From: Brevinematia bacterium
GTDB lineage: Bacteria > Spirochaetota > Brevinematia > DTOW01
Assembly: GCA_049968435.1 (NCBI GenBank)
Contig: JBMFQU010000002.1
Coordinates: forward strand, 1 to 44,666
Reading direction: 5' to 3'
Length of the DNA: 44,666 bases
Both the position numbers and the translations under genes were made by a program. Below the pieces are notes generated by a model that worked only from the letters and a program-made list of their open reading frames with translations, did no database searches and was not told where the DNA came from. Below are positions 27,140 through 37,048 of this stretch, piece by piece. Numbering within the stretch: the stretch's first letter is position 1; each line of letters begins with the position of its first letter.

Positions 27140-28102
27140 ATGGGGAAGAGAATTCTAGTAACAGGTGGAGCTGGTTTTTTAGGTAGTCACTTATGTGAAA
27201 GATTACTTGAAGAAGGTAACGAAGTAATATGTATTGATAATTTCTTCACAGGTAGAAAAGAAAACATATTACACCTGTTCAGAAATCCAAAATTTGAACT
27301 TATAACACACGACATAATAAATCCAATAAGCTTAAGAGTAGATGAAATATATAACTTCGCTTGTCCTGCTTCTCCACCTCACTACCAATATGACCCTATT
27401 TTCACAATGAAAACAAGTGTAATAGGTATGTTAAACATGCTAGAATTAGCAAGGTTCAACAAAGCAAAAATTATGCAAGCATCCACTTCAGAAATATACG
27501 GAGATCCTTTAGAGCATCCTCAAAAAGAAAGCTATAGAGGTAATGTAAATCCAATTGGACCCAGAGCTTGTTATGATGAAGGTAAAAGAGCAGCCGAGAC
27601 ACTGTGCTTTGACTATTGGAGGAAGTACGAAACCAAAATAAAAGTAATAAGGATCTTTAACACTTACGGACCAAGAATGAGAGAAGATGATGGAAGAGTT
27701 GTAAGCAACTTTATAGTACAAGCTATAAAAGGAGAAGACATAACTGTTTATGGGGATGGAAACCAAACAAGAAGCTTTTGCTATGTAAGCGACCTAATAG
27801 ATGGAATAGTAGCTATGATGAACTCTGAAGATGAGCTGAGAGGTCCTATAAATTTAGGAAATCCTAGTGAATTCAAAGTGATAGAACTCGCTGAAATGGT
27901 CATCAAATTAACTAACTCAAAATCAAAAATAGTTTTTAAACCATTACCTGAAGACGATCCAAAGATAAGAAAACCTGATATAACAGTTGCTAAAGAAAAA
28001 CTTAATTGGGAACCTAAAGTACCCCTAGAAGAAGGACTAAAGGAAACTATAAAATACTTTAGAGAATACCTAGGCATAAACAAAAAATTAGGTTTTTTCT
28101 AA
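27140..28102 (+). CDS. uxs: UDP-glucuronate decarboxylase (UDP-xylose synthase)
   Basis: [39 protein letters not shown] and YDEGKRAAE (YxxxK) are characteristic of UXS-type SDRs. I place the start at the ATG at 27140 with GAGAGG upstream. Confidence 0.9.
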   Translation: MGKRILVTGGAGFLGSHLCERLLEEGNEVICIDNFFTGRKENILHLFRNPKFELITHDIINPISLRVDEIYNFACPASPPHYQYDPIFTMKTSVIGMLNMLELARFNKAKIMQASTSEIYGDPLEHPQKESYRGNVNPIGPRACYDEGKRAAETLCFDYWRKYETKIKVIRIFNTYGPRMREDDGRVVSNFIVQAIKGEDITVYGDGNQTRSFCYVSDLIDGIVAMMNSEDELRGPINLGNPSEFKVIELAEMVIKLTNSKSKIVFKPLPEDDPKIRKPDITVAKEKLNWEPKVPLEEGLKETIKYFREYLGINKKLGFF

Positions 28103-28111
28103 TTACTCCAG

Positions 28112-29599
28112 ATGAGCAATATAAAGAAAAATTATGTATTAAGTACCATAGTTCCAATCCTTAATTCCATATTTCCACTGATAGTTCTCCCCTATGTCTC
28201 AAGAATACTTGGTCCTGAGAACTTAGGTAAAGTTAATTTTGCACTTTCGTGGGTAAGTCTATTTATAACATTTGCAAGCTTTGGGATAAGCTTTCACGGA
28301 ACAAGAGAAATTGCAAAAAACAGAGAAAATGAACATAAACTAAAAGAAGTATTCTCTGAAATTCTACTACTTCAAATCTTAACAAACATCATAGTATCTA
28401 TAGTTTATATTCTAAGTGTATTTACAATAACCGATTTAAAGCAAGACATACCTCTATTCTTAATAGTAGGCTTACAACTTTTCCTAAACTTCGCTTCATT
28501 GGGATGGTTCTTTGTAGGAATGGAAAAATTTGGTTACATCTCACTTAGAAATTTTATATTTAAAATAATATCACTAATTTTCCTATTTCTCATGGTCAAA
28601 AATCAAACAAACTACAGAGAATTCGCATTTGTAATGGTCTTTTCAATAGTAGGATCAAATTTATTAGATTTAATTTTTTCGCTTAAGTATTTCAACTTAA
28701 ATCCTATAAAACTAAGCCAAATTTTCAAACACATAAAACCTTCGTTTATATTCTTCTTAGCTTCATCACTAAGCATACTATACAACGGCATTGATATGAT
28801 AATATTACAATTCATTAAACCTGCTGACTATGAAAAGGCATTAGGAATATTTGGTATAAACAAAAGAATAATACTATTTGCTTTGTTCTTAATCAACTCA
28901 CTAATAAATGTAAACCTTTCAAGATCGTCTTATTACATAGGAAACAACAATCAAGAACTTTACCAGAAATTCCTGATAAAATCATCAAAATTCGTCATAT
29001 TTCTGACACTACCAACTGCTGCCATAACTTTTATTCTATCAAAAGAAATACTCAGTATAATTGGTGGGAGTAAGTTCATTGAAGGTTATATCTCACTTTC
29101 AATACTATCTTTAGCTGTACCAGTAATAATAATAAGGAATATAATTGAGGCACAAGTTTTAAACCCTAATGGTAAGGAAAAGTTTATACTTTTAGGAAGC
29201 ATCGGATCATTTATTTCATTTATCCTTCTCTCATATCTAACAATTTATAGTTACTCTTACATAGGTTTATCTTGGATCTTTTTAGTAGCTTATCTAATAG
29301 ATCTATCAATACTTCTTTTATCAACTATAATTAACCTAAAAATACTACCATTTGATAAATCCTTAGCAAATTATTTTATTATTACTATCCTACTATCACC
29401 AATATTCATAATGTTTAAAGGTTTCATTACCTTGTATATACAAAAACTAAACTTTCCTTATTTAATTTCAGATGCAATATTAATTATCTTAATATCAACA
29501 TTGTTTTTATCAATGTATTACCTAATAAACTTTTTAGCGAAAGACGAAATTCCAAAGGAATTTATTGAATTAGTGAAAAAGATAATATCAAGAAAGTAA
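28112..29599 (+). CDS. wzx: Wzx-type polysaccharide/oligosaccharide flippase (MOP superfamily)
   Basis: 495 aa polytopic membrane protein. The N-terminus NSIFPLIVLPYVSRILGPENLGKVNFA is typical of polysaccharide biosynthesis flippases. Confidence 0.75.
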   Translation: MSNIKKNYVLSTIVPILNSIFPLIVLPYVSRILGPENLGKVNFALSWVSLFITFASFGISFHGTREIAKNRENEHKLKEVFSEILLLQILTNIIVSIVYILSVFTITDLKQDIPLFLIVGLQLFLNFASLGWFFVGMEKFGYISLRNFIFKIISLIFLFLMVKNQTNYREFAFVMVFSIVGSNLLDLIFSLKYFNLNPIKLSQIFKHIKPSFIFFLASSLSILYNGIDMIILQFIKPADYEKALGIFGINKRIILFALFLINSLINVNLSRSSYYIGNNNQELYQKFLIKSSKFVIFLTLPTAAITFILSKEILSIIGGSKFIEGYISLSILSLAVPVIIIRNIIEAQVLNPNGKEKFILLGSIGSFISFILLSYLTIYSYSYIGLSWIFLVAYLIDLSILLLSTIINLKILPFDKSLANYFIITILLSPIFIMFKGFITLYIQKLNFPYLISDAILIILISTLFLSMYYLINFLAKDEIPKEFIELVKKIISRK

Positions 29600-29601
29600 A
29601 A

Positions 29602-30861
29602 TTAATACTTCAGATTAGATTTTTTTTCTTCCAATTCACAAATTTTATTGTACAACCTTTCAACTATTTTATCCCATACAAAATTCTGTCTAACATGCTG
29701 TTTCATTTTTTCAGCTTTATCTCTAACATACTCAGGGTGATCAATAGCATACTGTAGTTTTTCGGCAAATTTATCTACATCTCCAATAGGAACAATATCT
29801 CCACATTCTTCGTTATTAGTTAGATCTTTTGCACTAGTAACATCAGTTGTTATTAGATAATTACCAAAGTATCCAGCCTCCGCCATAACAATACCAAAAC
29901 TTTCGAAATTAGATGTCATAACAAATATCTTTGATCTATTATATAAATCATATAACTTATTCCTATCAGAAATGTGCCCCGTAAAAATTATTTTCTCCCT
30001 CAGTTTAGGGTATTTTTCAAAATATTCTTCCAAAAACTTCTCAAATTCTGGGTTTAACATCCTTCCAGCTATAATAACCTTAAAATCTCTAAGATTAACT
30101 TTGCTTAAAGCTTGTAAAAGCATTTCATGATTCTTTTGAGGAATACCTACCTTAGCAGCAGTCATTATTATGTTTTCTTTTTCTTCAAAATTTTTTACTT
30201 TAATTCCAGATTGGTTTATAAAGTATTCATCTATACCATAAGGCTGATAATAGAATTTATGAGCATAATCTTTATATAAGTCTTTTAAAACTTTTTCACC
30301 ATAAATAGTTTCCGTTGAAAGTAAATCAACTTTCTTTAGAAACAAGGGCTCAATAACATTATAAGCAATAATATTTCTAATGGAATTAGTAGGATGTTTA
30401 AGCAAAAGAGATTTAGGAAATTCTTTTAGGCTTCCTAGGTCGTTGTCCAATGTAATATACGCTATTCCATTAGGATTAAGCATCTTGTAAATTATAACAT
30501 ATAACATACTTTGTAGTGAGTAATGAAATAAATGTAATACATCTATCTTTTTTGAATACTTTAGTAAATACTCTATAATAGCTCTATCAAGTCCAAATAA
30601 TATACCTCTCCTCTTCAAAAAGAATAATTTCAATCCTTTAACAACATCTTTGTGATAAGTAAACTTTTCAACTTGTAAAAACCATTTTTTTTGATATTCA
30701 TCTAAATCTTCTTCACTTTCATTCCTGTAAGTAACAAGAGTAGAACTATAACCATAATTCTTGTACATTTTGTAAGGTATCTGTCCTGTCATCTTTACAA
30801 GATCAACATTTACAGCAAATTTTAATATAGTTACGAACCTTTTACGGTTCTTGGTATCCAT
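29602..30861 (-). CDS. Glycosyltransferase family 4 (GT-B)
   Basis: The C-terminal SNFESFGIVMAEAGYFGNYLITTD matches the GT4 E-x7-E region. AGGAG lies upstream of the ATG at 30861. Confidence 0.75.
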   Translation of the reverse strand: MDTKNRKRFVTILKFAVNVDLVKMTGQIPYKMYKNYGYSSTLVTYRNESEEDLDEYQKKWFLQVEKFTYHKDVVKGLKLFFLKRRGILFGLDRAIIEYLLKYSKKIDVLHLFHYSLQSMLYVIIYKMLNPNGIAYITLDNDLGSLKEFPKSLLLKHPTNSIRNIIAYNVIEPLFLKKVDLLSTETIYGEKVLKDLYKDYAHKFYYQPYGIDEYFINQSGIKVKNFEEKENIIMTAAKVGIPQKNHEMLLQALSKVNLRDFKVIIAGRMLNPEFEKFLEEYFEKYPKLREKIIFTGHISDRNKLYDLYNRSKIFVMTSNFESFGIVMAEAGYFGNYLITTDVTSAKDLTNNEECGDIVPIGDVDKFAEKLQYAIDHPEYVRDKAEKMKQHVRQNFVWDKIVERLYNKICELEEKKSNLKY

Positions 30862-30947
30862 ATATAAATACTCCTAATAAAAAATCAAATTAGTATCAAT
30901 TATACAAATATACAATTGATATATTCAAACAAATAATTTACCCCTAG

Positions 30948-31903
30948 CTATAATAAAAACCATCTTAAAAATAGCTTTCCTAAATTTCTAGTAAAGCTTT
31001 TGTGGTACAAAAAACCATGTTTTACTACTTTTAGTAATCTAACAAACCTATTTATATTTTCAACTTCCACAAAAAATTGAACTAACTCTAATATTTCATT
31101 TGGTAGAATATTACCATATCTTTCAACAAAATCTTTTGCTTGTAGTTGAAGAGCTTTAAGATCTTTTTTGAACTTATAAAATTCTTCTTTAAATTTTATA
31201 ATCTTATTTTTGATAGAGGTAAAATCAAAAACTTCAGCACCAGATACATTCTTACCATGTTGTCTGTAAAGTGCTGTTGGAATATCTATGTATTCTATTT
31301 TACCTAAAGCACTAACAACTAACGATAACCAATTATCATGCATTATAGCATTAGGAGGAAAAGGCAATGAGAGATCTTTTGCTTTCTTATTTATCATCAT
31401 CGTAAAACCAGGTCCTACTGGAGTTTGTAAAGCTCAGCAAAGCTCTTAATACTACCATTAACACATATATAGTCCCAAAAATACATTAATTTTTTCATCC
31501 ACCACCTTAGTATTCGTATATACAAGCAGTGGAATATCCTTTCCACATTTTTTTTAAGTTCTAGCATTTTGCTGAGTGTTATCTCTACTTTATTAGGTAA
31601 CCATACATCATCTTGATCTGCAAATATTACGTAATCTTCAGAAGATTTTGCTAAAAGTAATTCAAAATTTCTTAAAGCACTACCTGTAACGATATTATCA
31701 TTTATTAAATTTATAATATCAGGATATTTTTGATTGTATTCCATAAGTATTCCTAATGTTTTATCTTTTGAACCATCGTCATGTATAGTTATCTTTATAT
31801 TTTTATATGTTTGCCAGAGAAGCGATTCTAAAAGCTCTTTTATATATTTTTCTCCATTGAATGTAGCAACTAATATTTCAACTTTTGGTCCCTGATTAGA
31901 CAT
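30948..31903 (-). pseudogene. GT2 glycosyltransferase (rhamnosyltransferase-like) disrupted by three homopolymer frameshifts
   Basis: The N-terminal part (31903 downward) reads ILVATFNGEKYIKELLESLLWQTY...DDGSKD...FADQDDVWLPNK. The C-terminal part (to 30948) reads GFTMMINKKA...AIMHDNWL. The homologous reading changes frame at T8 (31548-31555), A5 (31477-31481) and A3 (31429-31431). The segment KKCGKDIPLLVYTNTKVVDEKINV is readable only in the alternate frame. Confidence 0.85.
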
Positions 31904-32927
31904 AGTTTTTGTATAACCTCTCTAAAGTTTGATCTATCAACCTAGCATGTGCCTCCCAAGTTCTATTCTTAAGTATAAAATCTTTGATTGAATAATCTCT
32001 TGGTCTACTTAAAGAATCCATAATTGCTTTTCTAATACCTACAATATCAAACGGCTTTACATAACTACCATACCCATCGTAATACTCCTTAAATACAGGG
32101 ATATCACTCAAAACAAGGTTATTACCAAAATAACCTCCTTCTAAACCAACTATACCAGCAGTCTCAGCAAGAGATATAAATGCCAAAACCTTAGAGTTCT
32201 TATACGCTGAAATTAAAGTCTCCTTATCAAGAACTGGTAAACAGAGTATATCATTATCCCCATCTACCAACTTATGAAATTCTTCTTTTAACTCAGGCTC
32301 TATATCATTGCACCCCGTTAAAACTAATTTTACGCCACTTCCTTTAAGAGCTTTCACAAGAGATAATTGATTTTTCCTTACTGAAATTCTAGCAGATGGA
32401 TAAAAAACAAAATCTCTAACTTTATACTTACTATAAAACAAATCTTCACTCACCTTATCCTCATTCTCCAAAATATAACTAGGAAGACCTAAATAAGCAA
32501 CTTCTATCTTATCGCGACTAATACCAAAAATATTAGCTATTTCATTTCTCTCAACTTCAGAATTTACAAAAATATAATCACATAACTCTAGAATCCTTTT
32601 TTTAGTATTCAAAAAATTTTGAAAGGGTAATCTAAATAAAATATTACCTAAAACTTTGTAGTAAAGATAGTTTTTTACTCTTACGAATATAGGTTCACAA
32701 ATGATTTTAACTCCCTTACTTTTTAAAAATTCAAGTACCTCTGGATTAAAATGAGTAAAACCAAAAATAAAAAGTATATCAAAGTCAATATTTTCATTAT
32801 ACCAATCAAAAGGTTTTACATCATAACCAAGTTTCTCAAGTGCTTTTAAAGCTTCAAAAGATTGTGTCACTCCACCCCCTTTATCCATGCAAAGGGGATA
32901 AGAAAGCATAAACCTTATTCTCTTCAT
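31896..32927 (-). CDS. Glycosyltransferase family 4 (GT-B)
   Basis: I place the start at the ATG at 32927 (MKRIRFMLSYPL...). The track start is a TTG 42 nt upstream. The C-terminal SLAETAGIVGLEGGYFGNNLVLSDIP matches the GT4 region. It overlaps the GT2 pseudogene start by 8 nt. Confidence 0.8.
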   Translation of the reverse strand: MKRIRFMLSYPLCMDKGGGVTQSFEALKALEKLGYDVKPFDWYNENIDFDILFIFGFTHFNPEVLEFLKSKGVKIICEPIFVRVKNYLYYKVLGNILFRLPFQNFLNTKKRILELCDYIFVNSEVERNEIANIFGISRDKIEVAYLGLPSYILENEDKVSEDLFYSKYKVRDFVFYPSARISVRKNQLSLVKALKGSGVKLVLTGCNDIEPELKEEFHKLVDGDNDILCLPVLDKETLISAYKNSKVLAFISLAETAGIVGLEGGYFGNNLVLSDIPVFKEYYDGYGSYVKPFDIVGIRKAIMDSLSRPRDYSIKDFILKNRTWEAHARLIDQTLERLYKNYV

Positions 32928-33068
32928 ATATTGTTTAAAATTATAAAAAGCTAGAATCATATATAACAAATTACAAACTAAACTTTAATTAAACTTACCA
33001 ATTTATACCTCATACAGCAGAATACTCAATTTAGAAAGAATGTTAAATAAAAATTTATAATTAATAAG

Positions 33069-34022
33069 ATGACATATTGGCAGTTCGTTATAAGAAGGTT
33101 CTTATCAAACAAACTAGGAATTACAGGACTTTATATGGTCTTAGTATTAATATTTATAGCACTTTTTTCACCTTTTCTTGCAAATGATAAACCTATCATT
33201 TGTGTAATTGATGGTAATATTTATTTACCAATAATTTACCCTCCAAGAGAATTGGACTTTTCTAAAGCAAGCTTTAAGATTATGCCACCTATTCAAAAAA
33301 ATCCCTACAAAATAGATCTTAATAAAAAACTACTTCCTCCTTCGCCTGAACATCCTTTTGGAACAGATGATCTAGGCAGAGATGTGCTTGCTAGAATGAT
33401 ACACGGTACGGCAATTTCAATATCAGTTGGTGTTGTAGCAGCAGGAACTGCTTTCTTGATAGGAACAACACTAGGATTAATCGCAGGCTATTTTAGAGGA
33501 ATAGTTGATACAATCATAATGAAAACGATAGAAGTATTTATGACATTCCCAACAATATTTCTAATACTAACAATTCTAGCATTTCTACCACCTAACATAT
33601 ACAACATAATGTTTGTTATAGGGCTAACAGGCTGGACAGGAGTTGCAAGATTAGTAAGAGGTGAAACATTAAAAGTTGTAAATATGGATTATGTTAAAAT
33701 ATCTCTAATAACAGGTGCTAATAACTTCTACATAATTACAAGACATGTACTGCCAAATGCGATAAATACTGCTTTAGTGTCCTTAATATTCGGAATAAGT
33801 GGAGCAATATTAGTAGAATCCTCTCTTAGTTTTCTAGGTCTAGGAGTACAACCACCTACACCAAGTTGGGGTAATATACTTTTGGCAGGAAACCAATACA
33901 TAGACTACGCTTGGTGGTTAGCAGTATTTCCAGGAATAGCTATATTCTTAACTGTAACATCCTTAAACCTTTTAGGAGAAGCACTAAGAGATGCTATGGA
34001 TCCAAGAGTATACATGGAGTAA
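33069..34022 (+). CDS. Oligopeptide/dipeptide ABC transporter permease (OppC/DppC family)
   Basis: N-terminal OppC-type TM1. HPFGTDDLGRDVLARMIHG motif. SFLGLGVQPPTPSWGNIL motif. Confidence 0.9.
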   Translation: MTYWQFVIRRFLSNKLGITGLYMVLVLIFIALFSPFLANDKPIICVIDGNIYLPIIYPPRELDFSKASFKIMPPIQKNPYKIDLNKKLLPPSPEHPFGTDDLGRDVLARMIHGTAISISVGVVAAGTAFLIGTTLGLIAGYFRGIVDTIIMKTIEVFMTFPTIFLILTILAFLPPNIYNIMFVIGLTGWTGVARLVRGETLKVVNMDYVKISLITGANNFYIITRHVLPNAINTALVSLIFGISGAILVESSLSFLGLGVQPPTPSWGNILLAGNQYIDYAWWLAVFPGIAIFLTVTSLNLLGEALRDAMDPRVYME

Positions 34023-34025
34023 TCT

Positions 34026-35378
34026 ATGGTATTAGGTAAAAAAAACTTTTTAATCTTAGGTTTTACAAATAGAACAGGTTTTCATGTAGCAAAGTTTTTA
34101 GTTAAAAAAGAATGCAATGTGTTTATCACAGATAAGGTAAGAGATAATGAAAAAGAAAAACTACTTGAAGAGGTAAAAGAAGTTGGTAAAGGAAATGTAA
34201 TTGATCTATTAGGTACAGAAGATGTTCCTCTAAATGAAATAGATATAATTATATCTAGTCCAGGTGTACCTCTAGAAAATCCTATAATACAGTCTGCACT
34301 AAAAAAGGGCATTGAAGTTATAGGAGACATTGAACTATTTTATAACCTTAACCCCAACATAAGATATTTTGCTATAACAGGTACAGACGGCAAAACAACT
34401 ACTACAAATCTAACTTACCAAATACTAAAATCTCATTTACCAAACACATTTATGGCAGGAAACGTAGGAATACCAATATTCTCACTAGAAGGAGAAATTG
34501 AGAATTTGGTAGTTGAAATAAGCAGTTTCCAAATAGATACAACAAAACTATTTAGACCATTTGTAGGAGCAATAACCAACATCGCGAAAGATCATCTTGA
34601 TAGATACCATTCCTTTGAAGATTATACAAATTCAAAGTTCTCACTATTCAAAAACTCAAAAGAAGAAGACTTCGCAATCTTAAATATATCGCTACTACCT
34701 TACTTAACCAGTAGAAATATAAAACCGCAAAAAATATTTTTTTCAGCGTTCTCAGGTAAGTTAGAAACACAACATAATCAAGTTTATTTAAAAGATAACT
34801 TCATTTTCTTGAATGATGAAAAAATAATTAATACAAAAAAAGTAAAACTTATAGGTAAACACAACATAGAAAACATCATGATAGCAGTAGCAACAGGTAA
34901 AATAATGAATATACCAAACGAAAAAATGGAGGAAGTTGTTTATAACTTTACTCCTCTACCACACAGAATGGAATTTGTAAGAGAGCTTAATGGAATTAAG
35001 TTCATAAATGACTCAAAAGCAACAACGATAAACGCAATGATTAGTGCAATAAAAAGTATAGATAATCCCATAATACTAATCGTTGGTGGGCTTGACAAAG
35101 GAATGGATTTCTCAGAAGCGATACCTATAATAAAAGAAAAAGTAAAATATCTAATAGCAATAGGTAGTACAAAAAATTTAATCATTGAAAAATTAGTTCA
35201 AAGTAGATATAAAAAATGCCAAAAGGTAGAAACACTTGAAGAAGCAGTAAAATCAGCAAAAGAATTAGGTAAAAGTGGAGATATAGTACTTTTTTCACCT
35301 GGGTACGCTAGCTTTGATATGTTCAAAAATTACGAAGATAGAGGAAATAAATTTAAAGAAATAGTAAATAGCCTATGA
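34026..35378 (+). CDS. murD: UDP-N-acetylmuramoylalanine--D-glutamate ligase
   Basis: Mur ligase P-loop AITGTDGKTTTT. DRYHS motif. C-terminal NDSKATT and SPGYASFDMFKNYEDRG. Confidence 0.9.
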   Translation: MVLGKKNFLILGFTNRTGFHVAKFLVKKECNVFITDKVRDNEKEKLLEEVKEVGKGNVIDLLGTEDVPLNEIDIIISSPGVPLENPIIQSALKKGIEVIGDIELFYNLNPNIRYFAITGTDGKTTTTNLTYQILKSHLPNTFMAGNVGIPIFSLEGEIENLVVEISSFQIDTTKLFRPFVGAITNIAKDHLDRYHSFEDYTNSKFSLFKNSKEEDFAILNISLLPYLTSRNIKPQKIFFSAFSGKLETQHNQVYLKDNFIFLNDEKIINTKKVKLIGKHNIENIMIAVATGKIMNIPNEKMEEVVYNFTPLPHRMEFVRELNGIKFINDSKATTINAMISAIKSIDNPIILIVGGLDKGMDFSEAIPIIKEKVKYLIAIGSTKNLIIEKLVQSRYKKCQKVETLEEAVKSAKELGKSGDIVLFSPGYASFDMFKNYEDRGNKFKEIVNSL

Positions 35379-35596
35379 TAATAGAAGTAAAAGTAAAACC
35401 AAAATCATCAAAAGAGGGATTTTTAAAAATAGAAGAAAGGAAATTCGAGGTAAGCGTAATTGAGCCACCCGAAAAAGGTAAGGCAAATAAAAGAGTCATA
35501 GAAATACTATCAGAACACTTCAAAGTACCAAAGAGCAATATAAAACTCATAAAAGGAGAAACATCGAAAATAAAGTTATTTGAAATAACTATTTAA
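35375..35596 (+). CDS. DUF167 (YggU-like, UPF0235) small protein
   Basis: VKVKPKSSKEGF...PPEKGKANKRVIEILSEHFKVPKSNIKLIKGETSKIK matches the DUF167 pattern. It shares an ATGA overlap with the murD stop. Confidence 0.7.
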   Translation: MIIEVKVKPKSSKEGFLKIEERKFEVSVIEPPEKGKANKRVIEILSEHFKVPKSNIKLIKGETSKIKLFEITI

Positions 35597-36281
35597 ACTC
35601 CTTACCTATTTTCAAAAAGCCATAAGGATAAGAAGTAAACAATCTGCTAAAAGATACAAAATATCCACCTTCTAATACCAAATCAAAACCTTCAAAGAAT
35701 AATGAGATCCTAGGAGAAATCATAGTTCCACATAATAAACTTTCATAAATTTCATTATAACCATTTAATAAAAAAGAAATACTCACAGGAATAGATATTG
35801 AAATAGTAGGAGATAATGGTAAGAATAATGAAGGAACTAACTTAAACTCAAAATAAACACCTTTGAAGTCATAATAAGAATTTATACTAGGAGCAATGGA
35901 AATAAATTCAATAGGAGAAAAATAATAAGATAAATTCAAAAAGATCTCTTCTGAAGTAAATATATTTTCTTTTATAACACCACCAAACTCAAAAGAAAGA
36001 TCAGAAATGGAATAAATACCCTTTAAAGTTAAGAAAAATCTATCAGGTATCAAGAATCTTTGAGGAAATCCATTCTTAAGAAAAACATCAGAAGATAAAT
36101 TGAACTCTATGTTTTCAAAACCTTCATAAATGAAAACACTTTGCCTAAGGAAGAGTGAAGAATTATCATTAGTGTATTTTTCAAAATATCTATCCATAAC
36201 TGATAATGAAATGTAAGACGAAAAAGCATGTAACCTAGTAGAAATAAGTAATAAAACTACCAAAAAAATAACTCTTTTCAT
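35589..36281 (-). CDS. Hypothetical exported protein, possibly outer-membrane beta-barrel
   Basis: Signal peptide MKRVIFLVVLLLISTRLHA. The alternating aromatic/hydrophobic pattern is beta-rich. No family recognised. Confidence 0.4.
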   Translation of the reverse strand: MKRVIFLVVLLLISTRLHAFSSYISLSVMDRYFEKYTNDNSSLFLRQSVFIYEGFENIEFNLSSDVFLKNGFPQRFLIPDRFFLTLKGIYSISDLSFEFGGVIKENIFTSEEIFLNLSYYFSPIEFISIAPSINSYYDFKGVYFEFKLVPSLFLPLSPTISISIPVSISFLLNGYNEIYESLLCGTMISPRISLFFEGFDLVLEGGYFVSFSRLFTSYPYGFLKIGKEFK

Positions 36282-36282
36282 A

Positions 36283-36951
36283 CTACCTACTTTTTTTCAT
36301 CTTTTCTTTCATAACATCACTAAACTTTCTATATCCATAAGGAATTTCAAATTCTTTATCAGCAACTCTCTGTTTCGAAACAGAGCTAACCTGAATAGAT
36401 ATAAGCACATTTCCTTTAGAATCGCTAACAATTCCCTTCAATGGGAAAATACCATTCTTGTAAAGATAGTGATTAGCTTTAGCTAAAACTAAACCTTCAC
36501 CTCCTATTCTTTGCATACCAACTAAAAAGTCAATACCAGGTATAATATCTCTAGTTCCCCATATTTCAACTTTATATTCATTATCAGAGTAAGTATATTT
36601 TATAACATTAAAATCTAAATATTTTCCATTACCTTCTTCCCTTAAAGTAATAGGATCTTGTTCAAGATTTTTAATCATAGTATCAAGAGGCAATTCCATA
36701 TAGTATTTATCAGTAAGAGACACAAAAATACCTTTCTTATTAGAAAAATCTATTATTGGATAACCATTATTAGTTTCAGAAATTTGCTTTTGAGGCATCA
36801 TCTTCATTTTCTGCCCCTTAATGAATATCTGAGCAGAATTAGTCATAATTTTTGAATTAAACTCAACACCCAATACTCCCTCAAACTCTTCAGCAAAAAC
36901 AAAAGATTCAAGCACAATCAAACTAAAAATCACAAACAATATCTTCTTCAT
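36283..36951 (-). CDS. Hypothetical secreted protein
   Basis: Signal peptide MKKILFVIFSLIVLESFVFA. AGGAGG lies upstream of the ATG at 36951. The stop is 1 nt before the next gene's ATG. Family uncertain. Confidence 0.45.
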   Translation of the reverse strand: MKKILFVIFSLIVLESFVFAEEFEGVLGVEFNSKIMTNSAQIFIKGQKMKMMPQKQISETNNGYPIIDFSNKKGIFVSLTDKYYMELPLDTMIKNLEQDPITLREEGNGKYLDFNVIKYTYSDNEYKVEIWGTRDIIPGIDFLVGMQRIGGEGLVLAKANHYLYKNGIFPLKGIVSDSKGNVLISIQVSSVSKQRVADKEFEIPYGYRKFSDVMKEKMKKSR

Positions 36952-37048
36952 AAAACCTCCTAAAACCCTATGTATTTCATTTTACTTCTATCAAAAAACT
37001 AATCAACTATGTTTAAACTTTATTATAACTCTTAACTCTATTCTATTT

